Shown one piece after another: positions 48,101 to 61,000 of a stretch of 64,000 nucleotides of DNA; within the stretch, counting starts at the first letter, position 1, and each line of letters begins with the position of its first letter. A model generated the notes under the pieces. That model saw nothing but the letters and a program-made list of their open reading frames with translations, made no database searches and was not told the DNA's origin. The translations under genes and the position numbers were made by a program. Source of the stretch: Raillietiella orientalis (taxonomy: Eukaryota); assembly GCA_036172245.1 (NCBI GenBank), contig JAYWIR010000018.1:1364001-1428000 (forward strand). The letters run 5' to 3'.

Positions 48101-51100
48101 GGGAGGAGGAGGGGAGGGGAAAGGAAGGAGGGGGTTTGACCGCCGGGAATATCATTGCTCTGAATGAAAGCATACCTGGAGTGGGAGAAACAACGCCTGA
48201 ACCACCCGGAGCGTACGCGCGCGTCTCCTTCCTCTTCCGATCTTCTTTATCCCTCTCTTCCCCCTTCCCTTCCCGGCTTGCAGAAGCCATTCTTCGCGGC
48301 GTGCGGGCGATGCTAAATGAGCGGGTGAGCGTTTGTGTGGGGCGTGCTGGGCGCCAGCGGCTGTAGCCTCGCAGACCACGGCGAGTGAAAGGAAAAGCCT
48401 CAGAACGAGTGAAAGCAGGAGGGGTCGCCTCTTAGGGAGGGAGGAGGGGGCAAGTCTGCCTGCCCTCCTCGAATTAGTGGATGTCCGCGGGTTTCCTTAC
48501 AGGTGCCGCCGCTTCCCCTTTTTGTGGAGCGCGGGGTGCGAGCAGCGCGTTCAGGGCCTGGGAATGGGTGGGTTGAGAGGCAGGAAGGGGTGCACTGCAT
48601 CAGAGTCACCTTGCTGTTTTTCCCAGAGACACATCCGGGCTGGGCGCGCGCTGTTCCGAGGTCGGGTCGAAGCTTCCGACTCCTCCGAAAGTCTGCGGTT
48701 CTCCGTTCGTTTTTTCCGCCTCGCCGGTGGAGGCGCGCGGCGTTTGTCATCTTTGCTGGGTGGGTTTTCGTCGTCCACCCTTGGCGCCACCGGAGTTCGA
48801 TTCGATGGATGAGGAGGACATCCTGCGAAAAAGGCAGTGGGTGCGAGGGGAGGGGTGCTCAGGCTTACGCGATCCTTGGGGATCCGTTGGGAGTGCCTCT
48901 GAGCTTCAGATATCCGCGCCAAAGATGATTTTGCAGCAGCGTGTACCCGGGATCCGGGAGACAGCGCCACCTGCTCCTTCTCTTCCTCCTCCTCCTGGAG
49001 AAACAAAAAAGCCGAACATGGATCACACCGGGACGATTGCCCGGGGGCAAGAGAGAAGAGGGCAACCGAGGAAGTCCGGCATGGAGAGTCCCGGCGGCAG
49101 CCAACGCGAAGGGCCACGATGGGAATGAGGGAAACTGGGAGGTACATTTGCGCTGTCCCATCCCACGGGCAAAAATTGTTCAGAAGGATTCGGTCCGGAT
49201 GGATGACACAGCGATCGTCAAGGGTCAGGAGCGGGATGGGGTGGTCAGGGGCACGCACGCTACTCTGGTGCGGACGGGCGCGCGAGAGAGAGAAAACTGT
49301 CTGTGGCGGCGAGACCCGCAGGCGCCCCTGCGAACCGGCATGTGGCACCGGCAGACGGAGAAAGCGCCACGACGACGCGGCTGCTGCTGAGCAACGCCGC
49401 GTGCTCCCCCGCCTCCGGGCCTTCCAGAAAGAAGGGGGAGGGAGGGGGAACAAAAAAACAAAAAGAAAGGAAAAACAAAAAAGGAACCTCATAGGTTGCT
49501 CGTCTGGAGGATGGTCGCGAGGGACCCGATCCACCCTCGCATGGCATAAACGCTGAAAAGAGGAGAGGAGCAAATGAGAGATCCCAGCGCATATTCTCCT
49601 CGCCATCAGAAACTTGTCCGAAAAAAGCTCAACGTCATCGCCGTCACGTTTTTTCGGACGTGCCAGCCCCGTTGGTTGGGAACGTTGTCCCTATCTCTCG
49701 TCCCCGGACACGTGGGGTCCTTTGCTTTACCCGCGTGCGGACTCGGAGGCAGGGAGGGACCTCGCCGCATGGACCGCTCCCTTTCTTCTCTTTGGCGCCT
49801 TTGAGAGATTCGCTTCGCCGTGGGTCACTCCTTGTCTCTGCTCCTCCCTTGTAATCCTGGACTGGCGGCCGGTCTCATCTCCTGCGCGCCTCCTCTCTCC
49901 TTCCTATCTGCTCAGGACGCATGAGCGTGCCCCGTAGCCGCTGGTCCTTTGTAGGTTCCGTGTTCCCCGGGATGGCTCCCTACTGGCGGTCCGGGACAGA
50001 GCGGCCGTACGCTTCCGGACTGCGATTGTCTCGTGCGCTCTGGTACCATTCCCGTTTCCCTCGGATTTCTGGAGCCTTGTCGATCCAGGAAACCGCGATC
50101 ATCGCCTCCGAAGCTACCGTAGCATCCTTATCCCCTCGTTCCAGGAGGGTCTGCGTGTTTTCCTAGGGACGGGGTCGTTTCCTCCAAAAGCCACTTTCGT
50201 CTGCTTCCTGCTTTCCTTCTTCTTTCTCTTTTCCTTGAGATTTCCTGTGCCCCTGCTCTCCTCCCCTGTTTCTTCGCGTGACAGACTTTCTTTTCGTTCC
50301 TTCCTTCTTAAGCGGCCATTAAAAATCCAACACTGTAATTTGGTCTTGCTTTCTTTTTCGAAGAAGTGGCCTCCTTCCAAACTTCCCACCGTTCTTGCGT
50401 TGCCAAATAGATGGCGATGGTCATTTCATTATCTCGCCGTTTAGTTTAATGGGTCACCCACGTTTGTTCTTGCTACGTTTTTGTAGCCGCGTTCTTGTCC
50501 ACTTCGTCCTTCCTCGTTCCCCCCCCCCCTTCGTTCACGCCCCGGGCGTACCCGGGTGTCAACCCCCCCTTCGTTCCACCCCGTCCTCCTCCTCCGGCTT
50601 GGAGTGGGTTTACGGCATCTCATCCTGCACTAGATTTTCAATTACTCGAAGCACATCCATTCGCCGTGAGCTTCCATCTTCTCTGTGTTCCCGAGGGTCC
50701 AGCTCCTGAGCGGGAAAATTAATGGCGTCAGAGCCGCGTAGCTTGCGGAAATGCACACGCGTAGTCGCACGTGTGCGTGTGTGCGTCGCCCGCCTGCCCC
50801 TTTCTTCTTCCGCTGCTTCCGTCTTTTGAACTTTGCCTGGCGCCATGGAGTTCACTAGGAGGGTCTGCAATCCCGGCCGAATGAGAACCGCGTGTTTTCG
50901 CCCTGGGCATCTGGGACGGTCTTTGATTGTTTGCCATGGCAGTTGGTGGTGCGTCGTCGTCGCTTACGAAGCTCTCCGGAACGCGGCAACAGCCCTGCTG
51001 AACGCAACGGGAGCGTGGTGGGTAGCTCGTGCGCGTTCTCTTCCTGCGCAACCTACAAAGCAGAGATGGGTGTTCCGCCGTCCACGTGTTCACTCCGAGC

Positions 51101-53989
51101 ATACGCGCGGAGCGTGCGAGAGGGTTCCGATTCGAGAGCAGAATTCGGAGGAAGGGGAATCCAATCGTCATCGCGAGCATTTCGAGACCTTCTGGATAGT
51201 TTTCCGGCTTGAGGGGTGTTCCTAGCACGACTGCCAAACATAGGGAAGAACTCGGTCCGCCCTGCTGGTACTCAAAGAAATCCTGACGGTTGCAAGAAAC
51301 GCAAAAAAAAAAAAAAAAAGAAGGAAAATCAAAGCTGACTGAAGCCACTGAAAGAGCCAACTCTGTTGCGCTTCCAATGTGAAGATCAGAACGGCATGGT
51401 GATGATGCGGACGGTTCGCATGGCAGCGTCTTAACTGAAACACCTAACATGCTAAGCACCAGTGAACGTAGCGATGCGTCTGCAGTGCACAGACACATCT
51501 GCGAACGGAGTGGACGGTTGATTTTCAATTGTATGTAAATTTTGGCAATAAAGCTCTTGGCTCCTTACGAGATGTGTCTTCGGCAGCCCACAGTATCGCG
51601 TAGGAAACGTCAGAAATCGAATGCCCCACCGCCCACCTGAGAGATGTTTCCGGTGTTCGAAATCTTCCACCAGCTCCTTTCCCGTAGAGCCTGTAACTTT
51701 TATAGTTTTTATGGGCGCTTCGTTTATGCGGGTGAATCCAGCATCCGAATATAAAATCCTCGGGCAAGAATAGAGCGGTCGTGAGGGAGAGGAACAGCTC
51801 CTCTGAAAGGCGAATCGGAATTCCGTGAAAAGGAGTCGATTCGCCTGTCCTAAATGTAAATTCTGAAGAAGAAGAAGAGGAGTTATGGTACCGGTGAATT
51901 CCACGGCTCTTTCCTTCGACGATTCCGTCTTTCAAGAGGCAGCGCAACCGTCCTTCGAAGATCCTCGCTCTTTGCCTTGTCCGCTTGTGCAACTTTTTGA
52001 TGTGGCCCGGCCACGTTTATGGGTTTTCTTGAGGATGCCCCCACCATGCGCAGAAATGATTTACTGCTTCCACGGGTCCCTGGCGTTGTTCTGTCTCTAA
52101 TAGTGCGTTTTCCTCCGCGGATGCTTGGCGCTTTGGCACGTGGCAGATTTCACAGGATCTTTCGAATTCACCGGAACAGTTCGTGATCCCCCTCCATCCC
52201 TGCCCCTCCCGCCCTGGTGTTCTTCGCTCGCGGAGGTTTCCCGAGCGAGCACCAGTCTCACCACCTCGGACCAGGGACTTGGAGGGGAGAAACCTGCGCC
52301 TCATCCAGGGGGCTTCGGAAGATGGGAGAAAGGAAGTCAGGTGCGCTTTTGAACTCTTCGGTGCTGAGGAGGTTTTCTCACGCGTTCGGCGGTACGCTCG
52401 CGAGAGACCGTCTGCGCCCGACGCGCGCGCCCCCGCGTGCTGAGTGCGCGCTCTCCGCATCGTCCGCCCGCGGATGCTTGTAACATCCGAGGCGAACGGC
52501 AACTTCTCTCCGCGAGCTTAGGGCGCGCCGTTATTAAGTTATCGACTTCATTTCACATCTTTCTTGCTCCGCGACGATCGCTGTCAGCCATTTGAAACGG
52601 AAAGGTCCCAGAGTCAGCTCGTGTGAGCCCAAACGATAAGCATGCGCAGCTCTTGACAGGGGCCGTCTCCCGTTCGATTATTCATCAGCTGAGGAAAGGT
52701 TAAAACCTCGCCTCCGTTCCCCCGTGGTGTGACTCGCGGGTGGATGGGGGAGGTCCAAGGTTGAGATCCTCGAGGTATCGAAAGCAGATGAAGCGCGAAC
52801 TTCGGCACACACACAAAAAAAAGTCAGCTGATTCCGAGGTCCCTGCCAGTTCCGAGGTTTCCCGCTTTCGCGGAACAATTGCGACGGCAGAGAGAGTGGT
52901 TATCAATTTGCAGCATTTACAGGTCTCAGGTGCACCTGCGCATTAGCTTTATGAAAATGAATGCTTGTTCCACAAATGACAACTCATTTGGAGCCATTTG
53001 AGGGATCCCTTTTTGTTTTTTCTTTTCCTTTCTTTCTTTCATTCCTCGTGATTGCGAGAAGATAGTTGCGAATCACAATTCATTCTCGCGATGACGCCTG
53101 TTTCATTTCTTGGTTCTCTCTTCGGGAATTTTTCGGAGGAACCGTTTCGGGAGCTTTCGTCTCTTCGACGCGAACGGTGATGGCGAGGGGTTGCGGTCGC
53201 GATGGCGCGCGGACTCGACACCTTTTTCGCTCCAGAAAAGCAACCCACGTGGCGCGAACGGTTCAGGCCGAAAACCTGATCCCAAGACTGACGCGCACAT
53301 CCTCTTCCTTCTATCCCCCCCCCCTTCCCGTTCCCCCCCCCCATCCGACTGCTTTCGGTTTGCTCAAACGCAACTTTCCAATCTCTTCCTTGGCGCTGTT
53401 GGAAGTAGGCACCGCTACACACCATGGTCGGGTGCAGAAAACCTTCCCGGCCAGTCATGGTGAAGGGGATTGCGATGGTTTTCTGCAATCTCTTCCCGCA
53501 CTCCCCCTTCCTGTAGTGATGTAAATCTGCAACGACATCCTTTCCTCTGGAAATTCTCGGGCCCTGCTGCAAATGAACGGCGGCCTGCTATTGTGCGATT
53601 CATTTTTACTCGCCGGATCACCGGGTCCTCCAGCATGCAAATGGAAGCACTCCGCAAAGACGCCCATTGCCTGCCCCCATTGATTCCTCCAAGGTCTGCT
53701 CGCGCATGAAGCGTCCTCCATTCTATCCTGAGCATCCGATTTCAAAGAGAAATCACAAAGGCCTCGCGAGATTGAACGCCTTCTTTGTCGCAGAGGTGCT
53801 CCCTCGGAAAGCAGAAAAACATGCCTTCCTCCTCCTCCATTCAGCTTCCCGGTGGGAGCAGATTCTCTTGAAAAGGCGTCCGAGGGTGCTGGTCGAATTG
53901 GAAGAGACTTGCAGTTTCGGATTCGAGCGATTCCTTCGCGGTTCAAGAAGCGAACCGTTCTTCTGCCCAAGCTTTTGTTTGAATTGTGT

Positions 53990-53991
<2 letters not shown>

Positions 53992-54025
<34 letters not shown>
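53992..54025. repeat. (AG)17 microsatellite in the ds intron
   Basis: Directly visible. Confidence 0.9.
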
Positions 54026-54028
<3 letters not shown>

Positions 54029-55748
54029 GAATAAAAAAAAATACCAGCAGCAGAATGAGGCATAAAACCTGAAATACGTGGCCGTGGGCAATGCGATTGA
54101 GGGTGCTTCTATTCATTCAGGAACATAAAAGACAGAAATAGGATTCTTAAAGGGGGGGGGACCGCGGGCGTAACGATTTCCTTTCCACTCGGGTACGTAC
54201 GAAATCATTCAAAGACTTCGGAAAAGACTAACGCGGTGACCGAGAAGAATGCGGGGGCATTCAAGCACGAACGCGTCTGGTCCACAGGGATTTCTACAGG
54301 AACTTTTCCTCTCCTGCTGCGTGGACCGCAGCCATGCACTGCTTGATCGAGTTCTGGGATGTTTTGGGATGGCTCATGAGGAGAGCTTTCGGGGGATCGC
54401 TTGCGGTCGCTACCTCAAGCTCCAGCCGAGGAAGCAGGACTTTTGAGTGGCATTCAGAGGGTGCGTCAAGGTATGGTTGACCGCATGGCTAGAAGTCAGA
54501 GGGGATACCGGCAGTTTTTTACGACCTCGGCGTTTGCCCGGCTTTGCTCCCAAGAGGGTGCTGGGGTGCGCGCCGCTGCCTCCGTGCTTGTGCAGAAGGT
54601 GTCCGCCTAGGGAAAAGCCCCCTCCCGCCTCCCCGAATTCGAGACTGGTCAGCTCCCGGTTAGCATGCATCCTCAGCTGGAGAGAATGCGGCATGAGGAA
54701 ATTTCGGACGATGGCGTCACATCACTGCGATAGACGCTCAAGTTTTTTTTCTAAATTGCCATGGAGATGGACACACCGTGAGGTGTTTATGTGCGGTGCA
54801 CGGCCTCGCTTCCATGGCGCTTCCTGCTCAAGACCGTGAATTCATGACTGATGAGAACGCCTCCGGGGATCCGCAAGCAGCCTCACACCTCCCACATAGA
54901 GGATTCTCGTGGTTTTGTGAGAGATGACCAGGAGAAAAACGTTGTCGCAGAATTCCGTGCTGTCCCCCGTGGTCACCTTTCCTCGAGCGCGTTTCCCGGC
55001 TGGCGAGAATCGGCTTCCCCAAGTGCTTCGCAGCCCCGGTGCACGTTGGGCGAGCAGAAAGGGGTGCGCCTGGTTGCGCGCCGCCGCATTCGCCCTCCCC
55101 TGTTTTCCTGGAACGGTTCTTCTCCGTGTGGAGAGACGAGTCTGCAGCTTCTGAGGTCCGACAGCGCCGCCCGAAGCGGGAGCTGCCTTCGTCAGGAACA
55201 GTCATCCCTGTCCATCTGTGAAGATAAGTCTGCATCTCGTGTCTTTCGTGCGCCGGTTGCCCCCGAGCGCGCGAAGACATGGGATGCAGACTTGTCCTCC
55301 GACTCGACCTCTTCCGTAACGGAAAGCCAACGACAAAGATCCTCATGTTGGCTTCATGGAGGCGCTTGTGGCCGAGAAGGAATTCCGACGGCCGTTGAGG
55401 AACGTTCCGTTCCCGTGCGCTTCCAGAAACGCAGCTACTCCGCCACGACTGGAAGGAACCCGAACGGCGTTTTCTTTGCCCTCATTGAATAATTGAAAAG
55501 TTCAGTCACGTATGGCAAGTAAAGGAAGAGCGTTCGTGAGCGAGAATATCCTCTCGGACGGTGCCAGAGAACGAGGCAAGAGTTCATCTTGGGTGCTGCT
55601 CAAATTGCGAAAATTTCTTCGTGAGTTCTAAACAGCGAATGGGCTCTTCACGAAGACTTTATGGCCAGGGAAGAGAAAATCTGCTTTGCATGTAAGCAAG
55701 GGATTTTTTTTTTTTTTTCGTTGGCATCGGAGGGCTACAGAGGATGAG

Positions 55749-55770
55749 AGCGCGCGCGCGCGCGCGCGCT
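55749..55770. repeat. Perfect palindromic A(GC)10T tract
   Basis: agcgcgcgcgcgcgcgcgcgct directly visible. Confidence 0.9.
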
Positions 55771-57410
55771 TCCGACTACCGAAGAGAGACGAGGAGAAGA
55801 ATTCCAGAGGAATGCGCGGAGACGCGCGAACTGCGAGATGATTCTGGTGGAAGGTTCTTTTTCGTGCCCCGGACTACGGAAGGAGGGGGGGGGGGGGGAT
55901 CTCACGCGCATCGTCGTTCGTTCCCGAGCTCTGGACCTGCCTCCCTTCCTCCCCATCCTTTTTTGGGCTTTCCAGCTTTCTGTTCCCCTGACGGAAAACT
56001 CCCGGTGCCCCCCCCCCTGTCCAACGCGGCGCTCCTAAGGGCACTTGTGCGGAACGACCTGCCTCACGTGACTCTCACGGATTGTCTCGCAGTGAATGGA
56101 AACGAAGAGTAGCCGTGAGTTGCGCCAGCGAAGACATACCAAAGCAGGTCCCTTGGACGCGTCGATACATGAGCGGCCTTCATTACGGGGTTTCGGAATT
56201 TTAGGTGGTAAAAAAAAAAAAAAAAAAAAAAAATCCCCTCTTGCTCATGGTTCTGTCGGAGTTCCTAGTTTGTTTGTTTGTTTCGAGAATCTGCTTAGGA
56301 ATCTTTCTCTGGGGACTCGTCATCCACCGACGGAGGTATTGCGGCAGCTTCATCGACGGGTTTGGCGGGCGCTGCCCAACCCGAACCATTCCGATACTGT
56401 TCGCAGTTTTACCGGGAACGTACAAGAGGAATGTTCCTGTGTGGGGATCGTGGATTTAGGCGGCAGCTGGAGTCCGCTTGCCCGACGCGCGCCCGGGAAC
56501 TGCCAGCATCCGCGATAAGAATGCGGTGAAGATCCTATTTAATGCTATGTAACCGGCGCAGCAGTAGTCGGCATGTAATGGGGGAAGCGGTCTGCGCGCC
56601 ATCTTGATTGTCAAGCGGGTCTTCCCTGTCCCTAGTTGGTGAGTTCCCTGCTTTCGAACTCCCGATGTCTTCTTTCCCCTTTTGGAGTGTTGGCCCTCTG
56701 GAATACAAGCAGGTGGATCCGCGCGGGTCAATATGGAACCGTTCTGGGGTTTCCTTCGTTGCTTCTGGCTTCCTTCGAGGGGATGAAACCTTTTTTGGTC
56801 CCGGCAAGAAGCGAAGAACCTCCATTCGAATAGGATAGATTCTCCTTCCCTGGTAACGGGCTCTCGGAACCGGGAAGCCGGGTGCGTCTGGTGATCGAAG
56901 TGGGACTTAGCAGGTGGCCTCATTCGTGGAGGCAGTGAAGAAGGGACGCTCGAGCTGGAGGAGCGTTCGAGGGGATTTTGGGGTTGGAGGGAGTGGGTGG
57001 GAGGCATGCTGACCTTGCAGCTTTTCCTCACGTGTCTTGCAACGTTTCCTTCTCATCTTCTTCTCCCTATGAATGCACGATCAGCCTCAGAGCAGAGGTA
57101 AACGTAAAACGCAGTCGCGAAAGACGTCATAACAGCCTGCTCTTTTCCACCATTAGTTGCCATCACTTAAGTGCATAAACTAGGATCGGCGAAGACAATG
57201 GTCTCCTTTCCCGGACGCGACAAACCGGACAGGTGCATCGATTCCTTCCTTCCCTGTTCCCCCCGCTCTTCCGCGTCGGAGACGCAGCATGGCGGCGAGG
57301 AAGAATATCGCCTTCCCCCCCTCCTCCACTCGGGCCGGCTCCGGGAAACGAGATGCAGGGTCACCGTGCGCTCTGTCTTCCGCGGTGCTCACGTGACCGC
57401 TACTTTTCAG

Positions 57411-58075
57411 GTGCACATCAGGGTCCTGGACATGAACGACACCCCTCCGAGGTTCCAGAACGCGTCTCTATCGTTCGTGGTCCGCGAAAACTATGTTCCT
57501 GGGCAGGTGAGCTGGGATATGGGGGTGGGTCTACCGCCTCCGTGCATCCCGTTCGTCACCATGTGCTTCCAGCTCATCGGCCAAGTGAAAGCGATGGATG
57601 CTGACACCAGTGGCTCCGTCGCATACTCCCTGACGAACCATTCGGATGGAACCTTCTTCTTGGATCCTGCTTCTGGAGCCCTGATGCTCTCCCAAGTTTT
57701 GGATCGGGAAGCCAGGAAGGAGTACAGTTTGGTTGCGAGGGCCGACGACGGCGTGCAGTTTTCTGAGGTCACCTTGATCATCGAGGTAAATAGCGGTACG
57801 CCGCTCCCGAAAGGGGCGCACGCGCCGTTGTCCACCCGCAGGTAGAAGACGTCAATGACAATCCTCCCGCGTTCAGCGAGCCAATCTACTCTTTCGACGT
57901 TCTCGAAAGCGCGGAAAGAGGGACAGAGGTCGGAAGAGTGGCGGCCAGCGACCCGGACGAAGGCGCCAACGGCAAGGTGTCCTACTCCGTCGTCTCCGAC
58001 TGGGGCAACGACATGTTCTCCGTGAATCCGCAGACGGGAACCTTCACACTGATCTCCCATCTGGACTACGAGCAG
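57411..58075 (+). CDS. ds: Dachsous downstream exons (57411-57506, 57573-57785, 57842-58075); gene continues beyond the window
   Basis: Phase-0 join KTK|VHIRVLDMNDTPP completes the repeat left open at 39183. Continues LIGQVKAMDADT..LDREARKEY..IE|VEDVNDNPP..VSYSVVSDWGNDMFSVNPQTGTFTLISHLDYEQ, a dachsous-like SDW.ND.FS.NPQTG segment. No TM or cytoplasmic exons seen before 64000. Confidence 0.9.
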
Positions 58076-61000
58076 GTTGGACGCTGACCCCTCCTTCGTC
58101 CTTTCCATCGGGTGCTCCTCCTCGCCTCCGCCTCTGAAAACGAAAGTCTTTTCTCAGCCCCTCCTCCTCCTCCGTCCTCACGCGGTCATCCTGCCGATCC
58201 CGTCGGCGTCTTCGTCGCGAGCCCCCTCGGAGACCTGCCTTTTGTCCGCAGAGATCTCCATTCCGCGGGCTCGACCCAAGGGCCCCTTTGTTCCGCCGGG
58301 GCGGCAGCGGAAAGAATTCCGGCTATTTTTCTCACAGCGCCAGGAGGACCCGAGTGATTGACGGCACGTAAAAACGGCCAGGTAGCGGGGCCCACGGCGC
58401 CCGCGCGGAAATTCCTCGAACGCCTTGCCGCCGCGGGTGCGGTGGGAAGGCGAGCGAGCGAGCTCGGGCGAAGGGGCCCCACGGGCACCCGTCTCTTGCA
58501 AACCGGGAGCGCACTGATAGCAGCGCCTCGCCGACGCCGCTGCTACTTGCTGCCGTTCGCGCCCTCACGGAGGCGCGCCGGCGCTCGCGTGAGAACAGTG
58601 CGACCGCCGGCACGGGACGCAGGGGAGCGGCAGGAGCAGGAGACCGGGACCTCCCTCTGGCCTTCTTCCCCTTCATCTTTCGCTCCTCTCTGCCTGCTCT
58701 AGACGGCCTCCCAGAGTCCGACTGTGCTTAGAGGCAAAGGGATTCAGGAATCTCACCCTTGGACCCTCACTTCCCCCTGTTCCTCCTCGGGGCAAACCAG
58801 AAAGCGAACCTCAGGGTGAACCTCTTGGGACATGCCCTGTTCCAGCGGCAGGCCACCATCCCGCTTTGTCCTCTCACTTCCCTCCCCATCTCTAACTCGA
58901 AATTCGCGATACCCGAAAATGGGATCAGTGCCGTTCGGGTTTTCTTTCCTGTTTTCCCCCTTTAGGCTTTTCCTTCTGGTTTCTTGCTGGATATGCAACG
59001 GCCAGGCACGGCTCTTTCGCAGCAGTTCGATACCGCTCCCTCCTTTTGCAGATGGGCACGGACAGAGGGCGCTCCCTTTGAAACGTCCCGATTCAGAGGC
59101 GCTCGAGCGGTTGTCAGGCAGCACACGGTTCCTCCGTGCACTCCGGACCAGGCAGCCGGCCTCAGAATTCCATTCTCCCCTCCAGAGAGACAATTCCAAT
59201 GGCCATTTCCCCCCCCCCCCCCATCCCTTCGCTTTGCTTGCATTGTGATTGGCTTGGAGCTTCGGGGCTGGGGCGGTGGAGGGCAGCAAAACTGGGATTT
59301 GGAGGAAGCAGAGACCTCTTCCCTTCAAGCTTCCCCTGCGCTTTACTAGGATGGCCAAGGGAGGAGGGAGGGGGATAAGGAAGGAATATGAATACCTTTT
59401 TTTTCTACCACGCGGGGGGAGGGGAGGGGATCTCCCTTCTGTGCGTTCTCTAGATGGGAGATCTGAGGATCGGGAGGAAAGGAGAATCCTCTCCTGTCGT
59501 CAGCTCTTCCTCTTCCTTATCCATCAGCAACCAGAAGCAGCTGCTCCCTGCTGCCTCCTCTGTCAACCATGACCGCTCTCTGCCCCCTCGCGACGATCAC
59601 CGCTCCTTGGCGGGAGCGGTGCGCGCGGGTCACTCGGAGCGTGCGCCACGGGAGGCGGGGGTGGGGAGGAAGGGAAAAAATCCGAATCTCGCGGCGATCT
59701 GTTGTCTCTCCTCCCGCCTCCCCTCCTTTCCTCGCGCCATCGGGGCTCGTGTGGCTGCTGCGCCTGCGGCGAGGCGTCTCGGGCAGCCCTTCCTCCTCTT
59801 CACGCGTTCCTCCTCGCAGAGGGAACCGACCGGCAAGGGCGCGTCCCAAGTAAGGGCGGGTTCCCTACCGCTCCCTCGGCAGATCCATTTTCCTGTTTTC
59901 GCTCATGCGCCTGCACTTCCCTTCTGGAGGTTCGTGCGCAGCCATCCACTCCACCCCAAAGGCAACAACGGAGGGGAGGGGGAGATGGCGGCACTTCGGT
60001 AGCTGGCGCAGCGCGCGCACCCTTCCCGAAGCGTTTTCCGGACAGTTGAAGGGAGAAGGGGAGTGGGTGAGAGGAGGAGCCGTGGCTCTCACCCGGTAAG
60101 ACCCGAGTGTGGAGAACGCTAGATGGGTGGAAGGGCGTCGGCTGGCGCCTTCCTGTGAAAAGGGGCCCACCATCCGAAAATGCCCGGAGCCGCGAGCGGG
60201 TGCGCTTCCCTTGCGCCCCTCCACCGGATGGCGAGGTTCAGAGAAAGGAGCCTAGCCACCACCCACCTTACCGACGGCAAGCACACGTGGTCGCGCGCGC
60301 GGAGGAATGTGGGCGTCTCCAGGGGGCGGGTGGTTGGGAGAAACGACGACGAGGAATGACCCACTCCCTTCCTTCTTCACCCCACTTGCACTTTCCGTCA
60401 TCCCGCTACGCGCTCCCCCCCCCTTCCGTTCTCACTTCCGGAAAGCGTTTCCCGTGCTTCCCGGATTGCCAACGCTGCGGAAGGCGCCCATTCTCCACCC
60501 CGAGAGTGGTAATGAAGCGCGAGGAAAGCAGGAGCTTCCGCGTGCTGATCTTCACATCCTTCCTTTTCCCTTTTCGGCACGTCCCCCTGAAGGGGGAGGT
60601 GCGGAGGAGTGTACCTCGTACCGGCGGCGATGGCCATCCGATGACCTTCCGCTAAGGGGCGCTAGGGAGATCCCCTTGAGTGTTCCCTCCTTCCTGGTTC
60701 TAAAAAGCAGCCACAGAGCGGGGGAAACGGCGTCCTCGGTTGCTCCCCCTATTCCCTGTGGTGGCGGCAGGAGAGGAACGCCTGCTGAGGAGCTCAAGTG
60801 GCTAATTGGAGCCAGGGAGGAGGAGGGGCAGTAGGGAAGCCCGCGGATCCGCCCCCAACATTGGACGGGATGTCCGTGACCACTCTATCTCGGTCCTCGG
60901 CTGGCCATTCGGAGGAGGTCCGGCGGCCGGGACGGAGTGCGGCACCGTTGTTGTCGCTGCTGCTGCTGCGTAGGGGAGGAGAGCTTTCCTCTCTCGCTCC

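Noticed and set aside
47118..49606. 390-aa and 351-aa minus-strand ORFs in the ds intron
   Set aside because: Low-complexity, stop-poor GC-rich sequence with ORFs in most frames; no motifs or splice support.
51452..51992. 150-aa and 155-aa minus-strand ORFs in a lower-GC patch of the ds intron
   Set aside because: No recognisable homology and no convincing exon chain; cannot be supported from sequence alone.
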